In this document: in pieces, positions 17,667-26,270 of the stretch | Layout: the number at the start of each line of letters is the position of its first letter | Position numbering within the stretch: the first letter of the stretch is position 1 | From: Eubacteriales bacterium | Lineage (GTDB): Bacteria > Bacillota > Clostridia > Oscillospirales > CAG-272 | DNA length: 64,000 nt | Direction of reading: 5' to 3' | NCBI GenBank assembly: GCA_045606265.1 | Contig: JAZURO010000233.1 | Coordinates: 174 to 64,173 of the forward strand | Translations under genes and position numbers: made by a program | The notes under the pieces: generated by a model | Database searches by the model: none | What the model was told of the DNA's origin: nothing | The model's input: the letters and a program-made list of their open reading frames with translations, nothing else

Positions 17667-18434
17667 ATGACAGTTTACGAGCTTAGCAAATATATGAATG
17701 AAAGAATACCAAGAGAGCTTTCCTGTTCTTGGGATAATGACGGACTTATGTGCTGTCCCGACGGTAGCAGAGAAGTAAAAAATGTACTTTTTTGTATGGA
17801 CGTGACTCCCGAAGCAATTGATTTTGCAATTGAAAACGGATATGACCTTATAATTTCTCATCATCCTCTTATTTTTAAGGGGGTTAAGAGTGTATCAGGT
17901 GATTTCGGCATTCCGTCAAGAATAATCAAATTGATCAAAAATGATGTTTCCGTTATGTCCTTCCATACTCGTTTTGATGCTGTTGACGGCGGTGTCAATG
18001 ATGCATTGGCAAGCTTGTTTGAATTGACGGATGTTGAGAAAATCGAGTGTGACGGAATTGAGCTTATGCGAGTTGGTAATTTGCCAAGTGAGATGTCTCT
18101 TGATGAATTTGTCATTATGGTAAAAGAAAAGCTTGGATGTGAGCATCTTAATTATGCATCAAACAATAATTCGGTTCACCGTCTTGCGCTTGTCGGGGGA
18201 GGTGGCGGAAGCTACATAAGAGATGCATACCACGCAGGAGCTGATACCTATCTCTCCGGCGAAATAGGTTATCACAACCTTACCGATTGCAAGGATAGTC
18301 ATATAAATCTTGTCGAAGCAGGACACTATTTTACCGAGAATATTGCTCTTAAAAATCTTGCTGATATAGTTCTTGGTGCTGATAAAGATATTAATTGCGG
18401 ATTTTTTGAAACCAATGTAATTAAGCATATATAA
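17667..18434 (+). CDS. Nif3-like dinuclear metal centre protein (YqfO family)
   Basis: DLIISHHPLIF, ...FHTRFD..., and C-terminal EAGHY. Confidence 0.88.
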   Translation: MTVYELSKYMNERIPRELSCSWDNDGLMCCPDGSREVKNVLFCMDVTPEAIDFAIENGYDLIISHHPLIFKGVKSVSGDFGIPSRIIKLIKNDVSVMSFHTRFDAVDGGVNDALASLFELTDVEKIECDGIELMRVGNLPSEMSLDEFVIMVKEKLGCEHLNYASNNNSVHRLALVGGGGGSYIRDAYHAGADTYLSGEIGYHNLTDCKDSHINLVEAGHYFTENIALKNLADIVLGADKDINCGFFETNVIKHI

Positions 18435-18444
18435 GGAGAAAATT

Positions 18445-19137
18445 ATGACATTTGTTGTTGCAAATCTTTATGGAAGACTTGAAAAATTCGAAAAACTGAT
18501 TAAAAAGATTAATCTTAAAGATAGCGATATACTTTACGTTCTTGGAAATATTGTAGATTACGGTGATCAGTCCATTGAGCTTGTTAATGATCTCAGTGGA
18601 AGATATAACGTTTATTCGGTTCTTGGTGAACACGACTACAAAGCATATTTGCTTCTTTCTGAGTTTGATAGAATGATAAAGGAAGGCGGAGTCCCTTCCG
18701 CATCATTTACAAAGGATATGATTTCTTGGGCGCAGGACGGAGGACAAGCTACGCTTGAAGCATTTAAGGATGCTGACTCCGATTCAAAAGAGGGATTTTT
18801 AGATTATCTTTCAGATCTTCCCGTTTTTGAGGAGGTTACGTTAAAGAATGGCAAGGAATTTGTTCTTACTTGCAGAGGAATAGCCGATTTTGATAAAAAT
18901 ACTGACCTTTATGATTATTCTCTTGATGCATTTATTAATGGTTTTCTTGATCTTGATAAGACCTATTTTGATGAAAAAACTATGATAGTGGGCTATCTTG
19001 ATTATGAGCATACACCTGCAGGAAGAGCAGGAAAGGTTACTGCTAAGAACAATAATATCGCACTTGCTCCCGATATGAGCGAGAATGATGACGTTGTTTG
19101 CGTATGCCTTGAAACAAATGATGAATATTATGTTTAA
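18445..19137 (+). CDS. Metallophosphoesterase-like protein with degenerate catalytic motifs
   Basis: Collinear with the PPP/MPP motifs, but D-x-H-G reads ANLYG, GDxxDRG reads GNIVDYG, and GNHE reads GEHD. Confidence 0.6.
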   Translation: MTFVVANLYGRLEKFEKLIKKINLKDSDILYVLGNIVDYGDQSIELVNDLSGRYNVYSVLGEHDYKAYLLLSEFDRMIKEGGVPSASFTKDMISWAQDGGQATLEAFKDADSDSKEGFLDYLSDLPVFEEVTLKNGKEFVLTCRGIADFDKNTDLYDYSLDAFINGFLDLDKTYFDEKTMIVGYLDYEHTPAGRAGKVTAKNNNIALAPDMSENDDVVCVCLETNDEYYV

Positions 19138-20515
19138 TTTGAAAAAGAACGATACTGTTGAGCTGATTGTTGAAGATATAAATAATCTTGGCGCAGGTGT
19201 ATCACATCTTGAGGACGGACGGGTAGTTTTTATCCGCGGTGCAGTTACGGGTGACAAAGTTAAAGCAAAAATCATTAAGGTGAACACAAATTTTGCGGTT
19301 GCCCGTCTTGAAGAAATACTTGAGCCATCGGTATATCGTGATGAAACGTGCTTCTGCACTGCAAGTGAGAGTTGCGGTGGCTGTGTTTACCGTCATATTA
19401 CCTATAAGCACGAAAAGGAAATAAAAAAGAGCTATGTAAAACACGCATTTATCAAGGCGGGCTTACCCGATGTTTATGTGAATGATGTGCACAGCACAGA
19501 GAACACAAGAGCTTACAGAAATAAAGCACAATATCCGTTTGCGATGACCAAAGGTGGAATTGTCGCAGGTTTTTATGCATCAAAAACGCATAACGTTGTT
19601 CCTGCTTTTGACTGCTCGCTCCAACCCAAGGTGTTTGGTGATATTTTGCATACGGTTTGTGATTTCGCAAACGCAAAAAAGCTGACTGTATATGACGAAA
19701 CAACGGGAAAAGGACTTCTTCGCCATTTGTACCTGCGATATGGCGCAGGCACGGGAGAAATAATGCTCTGTCTTGTAATTCACGGTGAAAAAATACCTGA
19801 TGCGAGGGAGTTTGTTGACCTTGTTGTTGAAAGATTTCCCTCGGTAGCAAGTATTCAGCTCAATATTAATAAAAAGAATACTAATGTAGTTCTTGGTAAT
19901 GAATACCGTTTGCTTCACGGCAAAAGATTTATCGAGGATGTACTTTGCGGTGTTCGTTTCAGAATTACTCCCGAATCATTTTATCAGGTAAATCACGATG
20001 GAGCCGAGATTCTGTACGGACTTGCCAAGGAAAAGGCAATAAGAGGATTTGATCAAAAAATCTCCCTTGTGGATATGTACTGCGGAACTGGTACGATAGG
20101 TCTTTCAATGGCTGATGCTGTAAATGAGATTGTCGGCATTGAAATAGTCGAAGGTGCAGTTGAATGTGCAAGAGCTAACGCTCAGCTTAACGGATTCGAG
20201 AACGCAAAGTTCTATGCAGGCGACGCTAAGGATATTGAGAGTCTCTTTTTGTCCGTAGAGTCGCAGCACGGTGCACTCACCCCAGATGCAGTGATTCTTG
20301 ATCCCCCAAGAAAGGGATGTACACCAGAGGTAATTGAATTTTTAGCAAAACGCAGTATTAAACGAATCGTTTACGTATCTTGTGATCCCGATACACTTGC
20401 AAGGGACTGCAAATTGTTTGCCGATCTCGGTTATGTTATAGGGGAAATAGATCCGGTTGATATGTTTCCAAGAACAGGACATATTGAAAACGTTGTCTCA
20501 ATAGTAAAGGAATAA
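19130..20515 (+). CDS. rlmD: 23S rRNA (uracil-5-)-methyltransferase RumA/RlmD family (TRAM + SAM methyltransferase)
   Basis: TRAM domain (VELIVEDINNLGAGVSH...), Fe-S cysteines CGGCVY, and DPPRKG. The ATG at 19130 overlaps the upstream stop (ATGTTTAA). Confidence 0.88.
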   Translation: MFNLKKNDTVELIVEDINNLGAGVSHLEDGRVVFIRGAVTGDKVKAKIIKVNTNFAVARLEEILEPSVYRDETCFCTASESCGGCVYRHITYKHEKEIKKSYVKHAFIKAGLPDVYVNDVHSTENTRAYRNKAQYPFAMTKGGIVAGFYASKTHNVVPAFDCSLQPKVFGDILHTVCDFANAKKLTVYDETTGKGLLRHLYLRYGAGTGEIMLCLVIHGEKIPDAREFVDLVVERFPSVASIQLNINKKNTNVVLGNEYRLLHGKRFIEDVLCGVRFRITPESFYQVNHDGAEILYGLAKEKAIRGFDQKISLVDMYCGTGTIGLSMADAVNEIVGIEIVEGAVECARANAQLNGFENAKFYAGDAKDIESLFLSVESQHGALTPDAVILDPPRKGCTPEVIEFLAKRSIKRIVYVSCDPDTLARDCKLFADLGYVIGEIDPVDMFPRTGHIENVVSIVKE

Positions 20516-20520
20516 AAAAA

Positions 20521-21450
20521 ATGACACATTTAGATTATTTGAATAAGAATTATCCAATGCGCAAAACTGCTGAGGAAAAGGAAAGTTTCAGAAAATACAT
20601 AATTACTACCCTTAAAGATAAGGGAATTGATGCCAGAGTTGAACGAACAGCTGACGGAAAAAACGATAATATTATTGTTGGTGAGCCCACAAATGCAAAA
20701 GCTGTCTTTACTGCTCACTACGACACACCTGCGCAATCAATATTTCCCAATATTATGATCCCTAAAAACAGAGTGGTCTTTTATGCATATCAATTTGTAC
20801 CGATAATATTTTTGCTTGCAGTATCGTTTGCGTTTGCTTTTTTGATGGGCGGACTTCTTATTAATGACGATAGAGTATTCTATTTGTCATTTTTGATTGC
20901 CTATTATGGATTATTCTTCGGAATAATGAGAGGGTTTAAGAATAAAAATAACTATAATGACAATACGTCGGGAGTGGCAACTATTCTAAGTATTATTGAT
21001 GGACTTAGCGAAACCGAGCTAAAAGAAGTAGCATTTGTACTTTTTGATAATGAAGAAAAGGGCAAAAAGGGCTCAAAGGCTTACTTCAAGGATCACGAGA
21101 ATGATATGAAGGACAGGTTCCTGATCAATTTTGACTGTGTTGGAAATGGAGATAACGTTCTCTTTATCGCTCAAAAGGAAGCGATTGAATCCAAGGAGTA
21201 CAGTTATCTGAGGCAACACTGTCACTCTGATGAAAAGTTCAAAGTAGAATTTTTGACACATAAGGAAGCAGATTCTAATTCCGATCACAAAAACTTCCCA
21301 AAAGGAGTTGCTTGCGTGGTGTGCAAGAAATTGAATAGCGGACTTTTATACACTCCGTATATACATACAAGCAAGGATACGGTGGTGAATAATACCAATA
21401 TTGAATTTTTGTCCAAAAACACCTGTATTTTTATTCAAAATCTTGTTTGA
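20521..21450 (+). CDS. M28-family metallopeptidase with an inserted membrane hairpin
   Basis: FTAHYDT, DNTSGVATI, FDNEEKG and HTSKD motifs. Hydrophobic insertion at about residues 84-140. Confidence 0.7.
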   Translation: MTHLDYLNKNYPMRKTAEEKESFRKYIITTLKDKGIDARVERTADGKNDNIIVGEPTNAKAVFTAHYDTPAQSIFPNIMIPKNRVVFYAYQFVPIIFLLAVSFAFAFLMGGLLINDDRVFYLSFLIAYYGLFFGIMRGFKNKNNYNDNTSGVATILSIIDGLSETELKEVAFVLFDNEEKGKKGSKAYFKDHENDMKDRFLINFDCVGNGDNVLFIAQKEAIESKEYSYLRQHCHSDEKFKVEFLTHKEADSNSDHKNFPKGVACVVCKKLNSGLLYTPYIHTSKDTVVNNTNIEFLSKNTCIFIQNLV

Positions 21451-21534
21451 AATTAGTGCAAAATTAACAAAGTTTGTCGAAAGCTATTGCTAAATGAATC
21501 AAGATGTGATATAATTCATACGTTAGGATAATTT

Positions 21535-21562
21535 TTGTAATTATTGTATGAATATTCATAAT
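21535..21562 (+). promoter_or_regulatory. Candidate sigma-A promoter overlapped by palindromic operators
   Basis: TTGTAA, 16 nt, CATAAT. Confidence 0.45.
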
Positions 21563-21577
21563 TTGTGAATATATTCA
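21547..21577. promoter_or_regulatory. Two perfect palindromes (TATGAATATTCATA and TGAATATATTCA), candidate operator sites
   Basis: Read directly at 21547-21560 and 21566-21577. Further half-sites: ATGAAT at 21494, ATTCAT at 21514, TGAATA at 21585. Confidence 0.5.
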
Positions 21578-21601
21578 TTTGCACTGAATAAGGAGAATAA
21601 T

Positions 21602-22486
21602 ATGGCTGAAAAGAAAAGAAAGCGTCGCTTGGGCGATAGAAAAGAAGGCAGAAAACTAAGAACTCTTAGTCCTATTATCAGACTTATGCCCTATATTATG
21701 TCTAAGCGTACTGACTCGTTGAACTTTTTCACTGAAAAACTCGACGTTGCCGAAGCTGATAAGTTTTGCAGAGCTCAGATCAAAGAGGGCAGAACTAACT
21801 TTACGCTTTTGCACGTGTTTATTGCTTCTTACATAAGAGTAGTTTCTCAACGACCCGCTATCAACCGTTTTGTCAGCGGACAGACTATTTATTCGAGAAA
21901 CAATATTGAAGTTTTGATGACTATTAAGAAAAAAATGTCTCTTGAGGGGGAAGAAGCCTGCATTAAGGTTGAATTTGAGCCCACTGATACAATTTATGAC
22001 GTATATGACAAATTCAATAAAGCGGTAATGGAAAATAAGGGTGATACCGAAGGAAACGACACCGATAAGTTAGCAGGCGTATTGAACTATTTGCCAAGAT
22101 TTTTGCTCAGATTTGTTGTTTGGTTAATTAAAACACTCGACTATTACGCACTTCTTCCAAGAGCAGTTACAAGAATAAGCCCCTTCCACGGATCTATGAT
22201 CATTACATCTATGGGTTCACTCGGCATCAGACCTGTTTATCATCATATATATGACTTCGGAAATCTTCCCATTTTCGTTTCATACGGTGCTAAGCAAACG
22301 GGAATTAAATTGGATGATGAAGGAAACCCCAAGAAATACAGATATATAGAGATGAAAGTAGTAACCGATGAAAGAATTTGTGACGGTTATTACTATGCAT
22401 CTGCGTTCAAAATGATGAAAAAGATTTTTGAGAATCCTCACGTTCTTGAAAATCCACCCGAACAGGTTATAGAAGACATTGAATAA
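21602..22486 (+). CDS. Stand-alone 2-oxoacid dehydrogenase E2 / CAT-fold acyltransferase-like protein
   Basis: C-terminal ...MKVVTDERICDGYYYASAFKMMKKIFENP is collinear with the E2 motif DHRxxDG. Basic N-terminus MAEKKRKRRLGDRKEGRK. Confidence 0.7.
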   Translation: MAEKKRKRRLGDRKEGRKLRTLSPIIRLMPYIMSKRTDSLNFFTEKLDVAEADKFCRAQIKEGRTNFTLLHVFIASYIRVVSQRPAINRFVSGQTIYSRNNIEVLMTIKKKMSLEGEEACIKVEFEPTDTIYDVYDKFNKAVMENKGDTEGNDTDKLAGVLNYLPRFLLRFVVWLIKTLDYYALLPRAVTRISPFHGSMIITSMGSLGIRPVYHHIYDFGNLPIFVSYGAKQTGIKLDDEGNPKKYRYIEMKVVTDERICDGYYYASAFKMMKKIFENPHVLENPPEQVIEDIE

Positions 22487-22493
22487 TACAGAA

Positions 22494-22520
22494 AAAGCAG
22501 CCGAAAATTCGGCTGCTTTT
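22494..22520 (+). terminator. Rho-independent terminator
   Basis: AAGCAGCCGA-aaat-TCGGCTGCTT followed by a T-rich tract. Confidence 0.8.
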
Positions 22521-22607
22521 CCATTTTTTACACTTGTTGAATCTTGTATAATTTATACTTTGTAAAGTCAATACTTAATATATAAAAATGGCTTTATGGA
22601 GTTGAAT

Positions 22608-23387
22608 ATGTATTATAATAAAGTTGAAATTTGCGGAGTAAATACGTCGAAGCTAACAGTATTGAGTGACGAAAAAAAGAAAGAGCTTCTGAAAAGATGT
22701 AAAGGTGGAGATAAGGAAGCGCGTGAAGAGTTAATTTACGGTAATCTTAGATTGGTATTAAGTATAATTCAAAGATTTATGAACAGGAACGAAAATGTTG
22801 ATGATCTTTTTCAAGTCGGTTGCGTTGGACTTATCAAGGCAGTGGATAATTTCAACGTTGAGCTAGACGTCAAGTTTTCGACCTATGCAGTTCCGATGAT
22901 TATTGGTGAAATAAGACGGTATCTCAGAGATAATAACAGTATAAGAATCAGCAGATCAATGAGAGATCTTGCATATCACGCATTAACAGCAAGGGAAGAG
23001 CTATCAAGAGTAAATGAAAATGAACCAACACTGGAACAAATTGCTGAAAAGCTTGGTGAAAGCAAAGAGTCGGTAGTTCGCGCGATGGAATCTATTGTTG
23101 CACCGATTTCATTATACGAGCCCGTTTATTCCGACAACGGTGATTCTATATATGTAATAGATCAATTAAGTGATGTGACATCGGGGGATGAAAAATGGCT
23201 TGAAAGAATAGCTCTTGCCGATGCTATGAAGGTTTTAAGCGAACGCGAGCATATGATAATCACAATGCGATTTTACGATAATAAGACTCAAATGGAAATA
23301 GCGCAGGAGATCGGGATCTCGCAAGCCCAGGTGTCAAGAATTGAAAAAAGTGCGCTTGAAAGAATGAGAAAACAGTTTTGTTTTTGA
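22608..23387 (+). CDS. sigG: Sporulation sigma factor SigG (forespore, late)
   Basis: MYYNKVEICGVNTSKL...GNLRLVLSIIQRF...DDLFQVGCVGLIKAVDNF...KFSTYAVPMIIGEIRRYLRDNN closely matches B. subtilis SigG. GGAG lies 6 nt before the ATG at 22608. Confidence 0.9.
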   Translation: MYYNKVEICGVNTSKLTVLSDEKKKELLKRCKGGDKEAREELIYGNLRLVLSIIQRFMNRNENVDDLFQVGCVGLIKAVDNFNVELDVKFSTYAVPMIIGEIRRYLRDNNSIRISRSMRDLAYHALTAREELSRVNENEPTLEQIAEKLGESKESVVRAMESIVAPISLYEPVYSDNGDSIYVIDQLSDVTSGDEKWLERIALADAMKVLSEREHMIITMRFYDNKTQMEIAQEIGISQAQVSRIEKSALERMRKQFCF

Positions 23388-23472
23388 ATCTATTGTCATA
23401 GATTATATTTTTGCATAATATGTTAAGGAAGAAAGAATTTTTCTTCCTATAACTATTTTGGAGGGTTGATTT

Positions 23473-24312
23473 ATGCCGGATAATAGATTTATGTGTTCAG
23501 GACCGGGCTTACCAAAGGAAACAGTTTGTATCGAAGCAAACAGAGTTTTGGATTCTTGCAGAGATAGAGACTGTTATGAAAATGTTCAGGTATTCTTAAC
23601 TGCATTCGGAAATGAAATAATAGAGCGTACAGGTAATATCAGAGTAAAGGATTCCTGTATAAATTGGAGCAATATTACCGTTGATCCAATCGCATTCAAC
23701 AGAGGATTTTACTCAGTAAATTTAAGATTGTATATCAAAATTACCTTTGAGGCCTGCTTATCTCCCGGAAGAATTCAGGAATTTGACGGTATTGCAGTAA
23801 TCGATAAGAATGTAGTATTATTTGGTGGTGAAAGCAATCTTAACGTGTTTAAGAGTACAGGTACATCGGGATTTTGTGAAATGCCGACCGAGGTTTGCTG
23901 CACAGATGGCAATGTGCCTACAGCTGTGGTTGAGGTGGTTGATCCAATCATACTTAACGCAAAAATAATTGAAAAGAAACATGAACATCATTGCATTTGC
24001 TGCTGTAACTGTTGCGATATTCCCGAGGGAGTTACAAGAAACATTAATGGCCCACTCAGTGATTATGACGGTACTCGTTTTCTTGTGGTATCAATTGGCT
24101 TGTTCTCGGTTGTAAGAATAGTTCGCATAGCACAATTCTTGATTCAGGCGACCGAATATACGGTTCCCGATAAGGAATGTTTAACGCATTCTGAAGAAAA
24201 TCCTTGCGATATTTTCAAATGTATGGCTTTCCCAACGCACGAATTTACAAGTGGAGCAGCTCCAATTCCTCACCAGCTCAAACATGAGGATAAGGGCTGT
24301 GGCTGCAAATAA
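23473..24312 (+). CDS. Cysteine-rich hypothetical protein (possible spore-associated)
   Basis: 279 aa with a GGAGGG RBS. Cys motifs VCIEANRVLDSCRDRDC, CICCCNCC, and C-terminal GCGCK. Confidence 0.65.
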   Translation: MPDNRFMCSGPGLPKETVCIEANRVLDSCRDRDCYENVQVFLTAFGNEIIERTGNIRVKDSCINWSNITVDPIAFNRGFYSVNLRLYIKITFEACLSPGRIQEFDGIAVIDKNVVLFGGESNLNVFKSTGTSGFCEMPTEVCCTDGNVPTAVVEVVDPIILNAKIIEKKHEHHCICCCNCCDIPEGVTRNINGPLSDYDGTRFLVVSIGLFSVVRIVRIAQFLIQATEYTVPDKECLTHSEENPCDIFKCMAFPTHEFTSGAAPIPHQLKHEDKGCGCK

Positions 24313-24320
24313 ACAAAAAA

Positions 24321-24346
24321 TTGGCTGTTGCTTTTGCAACAGCCAA
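24321..24346. terminator. Bidirectional rho-independent terminator
   Basis: A-run, TTGGCTGTTGC-tttt-GCAACAGCCAA, T-rich tract, between convergent genes. Confidence 0.85.
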
Positions 24347-24349
24347 ATT

Positions 24350-25627
24350 TTATTTCAGTATATATTCAGGTTCGCTTTTGTTCATTACAGTATCCTTTGT
24401 AATAATGACTTTCGAAATGTCATTACAGGAGGGAACTTTGAACATAATATTAGTCATAAAGCTTTCAATAATGGAGCGAAGTCCTCTTGCTCCCGTATTT
24501 TGCTCAATAGCCAGCTCAGCAATAGCATCAATAGCGTCCGATTTGAATTCAATTTCAACGTTATCAATGGAAAACAACTTGATATATTGCTTGATAAGTG
24601 AGTTTCTGGGTTCTGTTATAATGCGTCTTAAAGACGTCTTGTCAAGTTCAGAAAGAGCCACAATAACGGGAATACGACCTGTAAGCTCGGGTATCAAGCC
24701 GTACTTAACAATGTCGTGTGAGGTAACGTCCTTATATATTCCGTCCTTCTTCTTTTCGTTCTTTTTCTTAACATCGCCGCCGAAACCGATTACGTTGTTA
24801 CCCTTACGTTTTTCGATAATATCCTCAAGTCCGTCAAATGCACCTCCGCAAATAAAGAGGATGTTTGAAGTGTCAATCTGAATGAACTCTTGGTTGGGGT
24901 GCTTTCGTCCTCCCTGAGGAGGAACGTTTGCAACCGTGCCTTCAAGTATTTTAAGCAAGGCTTGCTGAACACCTTCACCTGAAACGTCACGGGTAATTGA
25001 ACGGTTTTCGCTTCTTCGTGATATCTTATCAATTTCATCAATATAGATAATACCTTTTTCAGCTCTCTTAACGTCATAATCAGCTGCTTGAATTAACTTC
25101 AATAAAATGTTTTCAACGTCTTCGCCGACGTAACCTGCCTCAGTCAGAGTGGTAGCATCGGCAATAGCAAAGGGAACTTGAAGCGTTTTTGCAAGCGTTT
25201 GAGCAAGATATGTTTTTCCAACACCGGTGGGGCCTATAAGAAGTACGTTGGATTTTTGAAGCTCCACACCGTCTGCTTCTTTATTATCCCCGGACTCAAT
25301 TTTTGATAAAATGCGTTTATAGTGATTATAAACCGCTACAGAAAGAGCAATTTTTGCATCATCCTGAGCAATAACGTATTCGTCAAGAGTTCTTTTAATG
25401 TCTGCGGGCTTAGGGAGATCCTGGAGAGTGAATTCGTCAGATGAATCTGAAAAATCCGAATATGCATCGTCCAAGATATCCGAGCAAGCAAGAACGCAGT
25501 AATCACAAATATAAACGCCCTTGGGTGAGGGAATTAGGAAATTAACTTGATTTTCGTGTCTTCCGCAGAAACAGCAATACCTTTTTGGGGTATTGCCGTT
25601 TCCGTCGGGCTTTTTATTTTCAGCCAT
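24350..25627 (-). CDS. clpX: ATP-dependent Clp protease ATP-binding subunit ClpX
   Basis: N-terminal zinc finger CCFCG...CDYC, Walker [19 protein letters not shown]. Confidence 0.97.
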   Translation of the reverse strand: MAENKKPDGNGNTPKRYCCFCGRHENQVNFLIPSPKGVYICDYCVLACSDILDDAYSDFSDSSDEFTLQDLPKPADIKRTLDEYVIAQDDAKIALSVAVYNHYKRILSKIESGDNKEADGVELQKSNVLLIGPTGVGKTYLAQTLAKTLQVPFAIADATTLTEAGYVGEDVENILLKLIQAADYDVKRAEKGIIYIDEIDKISRRSENRSITRDVSGEGVQQALLKILEGTVANVPPQGGRKHPNQEFIQIDTSNILFICGGAFDGLEDIIEKRKGNNVIGFGGDVKKKNEKKKDGIYKDVTSHDIVKYGLIPELTGRIPVIVALSELDKTSLRRIITEPRNSLIKQYIKLFSIDNVEIEFKSDAIDAIAELAIEQNTGARGLRSIIESFMTNIMFKVPSCNDISKVIITKDTVMNKSEPEYILK

Positions 25628-25642
25628 AATATTTACCTCTTA

Positions 25643-26236
25643 TCAAGCGTGCTTATCGATAACCTTGTCAATAAGACCGTAAGCAAGTGCTTGCTCTGCG
25701 GTCATATAGTTATCTCTTTCTGTATCACGTGCAATTTCATCAATTGACTTGCCTGTGTTTTTAGCAAGAATTGAATTGAGACGGTCACGTGTGCGAAGGA
25801 TAAGCTCAGCCTGAATCTTAATATCAGTTGCTTGACCTTTTGCTCCTCCAAGGGGCTGGTGTATCATAATCTCACTGTTGGGAAGAGCAAATCTTTTGCC
25901 CTTAGTTCCTGCTGAGAGAAGAAATGCACCCATACTTGCTGCCATACCGATACAAACGGTTGATACGTCGCATTTTATGAAGTTCATTGTATCATAAATT
26001 GCCATACCGGCTGTTACTGATCCGCCGGGAGAATTGATGTAAAAGGAAATATCTTTATCGGGATCCTGTGCTTCAAGGTAAAGGAGCTGAGCAACCACAA
26101 GAGAAGCGGTTGCATCATTTACCTCGTCAGAGAGGAAGATGATACGGTCATTAAGAAGTCTTGAAAAAATATCATAGGATCTTTCGCCCCTGCCGGTTTG
26201 TTCAACGACCATCGGGACGAGTGCATTATTCATCAT
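25643..26236 (-). CDS. clpP: ATP-dependent Clp protease proteolytic subunit ClpP
   Basis: [34 protein letters not shown]. Confidence 0.97.
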   Translation of the reverse strand: MMNNALVPMVVEQTGRGERSYDIFSRLLNDRIIFLSDEVNDATASLVVAQLLYLEAQDPDKDISFYINSPGGSVTAGMAIYDTMNFIKCDVSTVCIGMAASMGAFLLSAGTKGKRFALPNSEIMIHQPLGGAKGQATDIKIQAELILRTRDRLNSILAKNTGKSIDEIARDTERDNYMTAEQALAYGLIDKVIDKHA

Positions 26237-26270
26237 AGGTAATGACCTCCTTATTGTTTATAAAAGGTAA

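Noticed and set aside
23391-23420. Possible sigma-G/sigma-F promoter (CATAATA at 23414-23420) for the Cys-rich gene
   Set aside because: No GnATR-type -35 element sits at the required 17-18-nt spacing. TCATA is 13 nt away and GAATC is 23 nt away. The promoter is therefore not called.
24321-24881. 186-aa plus-strand ORF overlapping clpX. Similar antisense or shadow ORFs occur at 18841-19359, 34924-35526, 49286-49798, 52422-52784 and 50900-51325
   Set aside because: All are fully nested in, and antisense to, genes with clear conserved motifs (clpX, rlmD and the MPP-like gene, the SPFH gene, ymcA, mutL, mutS). They lack RBSs and have non-protein-like composition.
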